Origin: Acidobacteriota bacterium
Lineage (GTDB): Bacteria > Acidobacteriota > UBA890 > WLXD01
Reading direction: 5' to 3'
Assembly: GCA_965205505.1 (NCBI GenBank)
Contig: CBDBHB010000008.1
Coordinates: 256,001 to 320,000 of the forward strand
DNA length: 64,000 bases
The translations under genes and the position numbers were made by a program. The notes under the pieces were generated by a model. The model did no database searches. It saw only the letters and a program-made list of their open reading frames with translations, and was not told the DNA's origin. Below, in pieces: positions 62,552 through 64,000 of this stretch; within the stretch, counting starts at the first letter, position 1, and every line of letters begins with the position of its first letter.

Positions 62552-63555
62552 CCTACCGGCCTGCGCCGGCGGGATCCGTGATCGCTCGGAAAGACACGCC
62601 CCGCCTGGGGGATCGACGCATCCTCGAGAACCAGCGGGATGACGGTGGCTGCGATCGGTCGTAGCCGCCCTCCACCCGCGGGCTGATGGATGTAGAGCCG
62701 GTCGATACGATCGGCAGTCTCGGGCTTGTCGGCGGTTCCACGAAACAACGGTGACCAAGTGATGCCAGGAGTCTGAACCGGATCCCGATGCAACTGGCGA
62801 AAAGCATCGGCGAACCCTGCATCCGACATCGCTCGACTCACCGGAAGGTCGAGCGCCCGACGGAACCGGAAGACCTTCGCCGCGTCGACGGTCCAATCCA
62901 GGTGTGATGGAGAGTTCCAGTCACCGCCGACGAGCACCGGCACGTCGGCCGCCATGTGGCCCGAAGCGTCCAGGTGTTCGAGGATCGCCGTTGCCTGTCG
63001 CAGCCGCCCGGACCGCTCGGCCTCGTCCTTCAGCAGCGACTCGTCGGACACGTCGGGCTCGTCGCGCAGGTGATACGGCATGTACACGGCGGAGTCGATC
63101 CAGATCGAGTATACGACGAGCGCGCGTCCCCGATCGTCGACGATACGCGCACCGACGCCATGCCAATCATGGTGGAAAAACGTCTCCTCGATCTCGAACC
63201 GCGTAAGCACGCAGAGGTGTCGGCTTCCTCCCTGCCAGGCCTTCCAACCGAGCTCGGTCGCCAGCCAGCGACCGAGCGTCGGCCGACCACCGTCGATGTC
63301 GTAGCTCTCTTGCAGCAGCACAACGTCGGGTTGCACCGAACGGACAACGGCGAGAGTCTTCTCAGGCCCTCGCGTGAACCCGTTCGCGCCGCGCTGGACA
63401 TTCCACACCAACACACGCAAATCACCTTGGCGCGGAACCCTGGCGAGCATCTCGACCGCGGTGTCTGCTTGCCCGCCGGATCCATCGCGCGCAACGGCGG
63501 CGACGGCGACCAGCGCGAGCAACGTGCCCGGGACGATGATCGATCGGCTGAGCAT
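62548..63555 (-). CDS. Endonuclease/exonuclease/phosphatase (EEP) family secreted protein
   Basis: LVWNV, DVVLLQES, GGDWNSPSHLDW, DRIDRLY and FPSDH. Confidence 0.9.
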   Translation of the reverse strand: MLSRSIIVPGTLLALVAVAAVARDGSGGQADTAVEMLARVPRQGDLRVLVWNVQRGANGFTRGPEKTLAVVRSVQPDVVLLQESYDIDGGRPTLGRWLATELGWKAWQGGSRHLCVLTRFEIEETFFHHDWHGVGARIVDDRGRALVVYSIWIDSAVYMPYHLRDEPDVSDESLLKDEAERSGRLRQATAILEHLDASGHMAADVPVLVGGDWNSPSHLDWTVDAAKVFRFRRALDLPVSRAMSDAGFADAFRQLHRDPVQTPGITWSPLFRGTADKPETADRIDRLYIHQPAGGGRLRPIAATVIPLVLEDASIPQAGRVFPSDHGSRRRRPVG

Positions 63556-63641
63556 CTTCACGTACCCTTCGTGGAGGATGAAAGCTGTGCCCGAATGGTA
63601 GCGTCCCACGTTATCAATCACCCCGATGCCGGAGAACCCAC

Positions 63642-64000
63642 ATGCGCCGAGGCAAGAAGCTGACCCGTGTCTTAACCGCCATGCCCGCGTGGCTCTGCGT
63701 TACGGCGGTTCTGATGACCGGCTGCGCCGCTCCGGACGATGGCGGGGGCGCGGCGGTAACCGCGTTCCATGGAGCGCGCCTGATCACGGGAGATGGCGCA
63801 GTGATCGAGGACGCGGTGTTCCTGGTGGAGAACGACCGTTTCACGGACGTCGGCACGCCGGCGGACGTCGAGATTCCCACCGGTGCCACCCGTGTCGATC
63901 TCAGCGGCAACACCGTCATGCCAGCGATCGTCAACGCGCACATGCACTTGGCACCCGAGCGATCCGAACGCACCTCTCAGCTCCAGCACGTGGCGTACTA
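63642..64000 (+). CDS. Amidohydrolase-family lipoprotein (runs off the window end)
   Basis: Read manually: lipobox MTGC, GARLITG and VDLSGNTVMPAIVNAHMH (HxH). Confidence 0.85.
   Translation, partial: MRRGKKLTRVLTAMPAWLCVTAVLMTGCAAPDDGGGAAVTAFHGARLITGDGAVIEDAVFLVENDRFTDVGTPADVEIPTGATRVDLSGNTVMPAIVNAHMHLAPERSERTSQLQHVAY

Overview
A high-GC bacterial chromosome segment, probably Acidobacteriota (inferred from a PadR + ADOP-type duplicated ABC permease pair). Most of the first 31 kb is housekeeping: PMM/PGM, an OSBS/N-succinylamino-acid racemase with a GNAT, Nif3, an M16 peptidase pair, sucCD, bioY, aroF-chorismate mutase-trpABFCDGE preceded by a Trp/Tyr-rich leader peptide, an aroD-aroE fusion, moeB, a CDF transporter, agmatinase, a cystathionine lyase/synthase, eno-ftsB and an orphan ketosynthase. 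The rest encodes secreted hydrolases, hydantoinase/oxoprolinase A/B, a very large M14 peptidase, a DUF5916-like outer-membrane protein, a two-component system and gltA. The main find is a compact five-gene cluster at 47552-51357: a small hydrophobic precursor with a signal-peptide-like leader, SpoIIM/DUF95, Yip1, an ABC ATPase and a large permease. This is the gene complement of head-to-tail cyclised (circular) bacteriocin clusters, here in an apparently diderm host. Solo copies of the 30-bp terminal inverted repeat of an adjacent 271-bp CTAG-flanked MITE-like element sit exactly on stop codons inside the cluster. Three long genes are broken by single frameshifts, possibly assembly errors. No rRNA, tRNA or CRISPR array was recognised. 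All family calls come from motif recognition by eye, not database searches.
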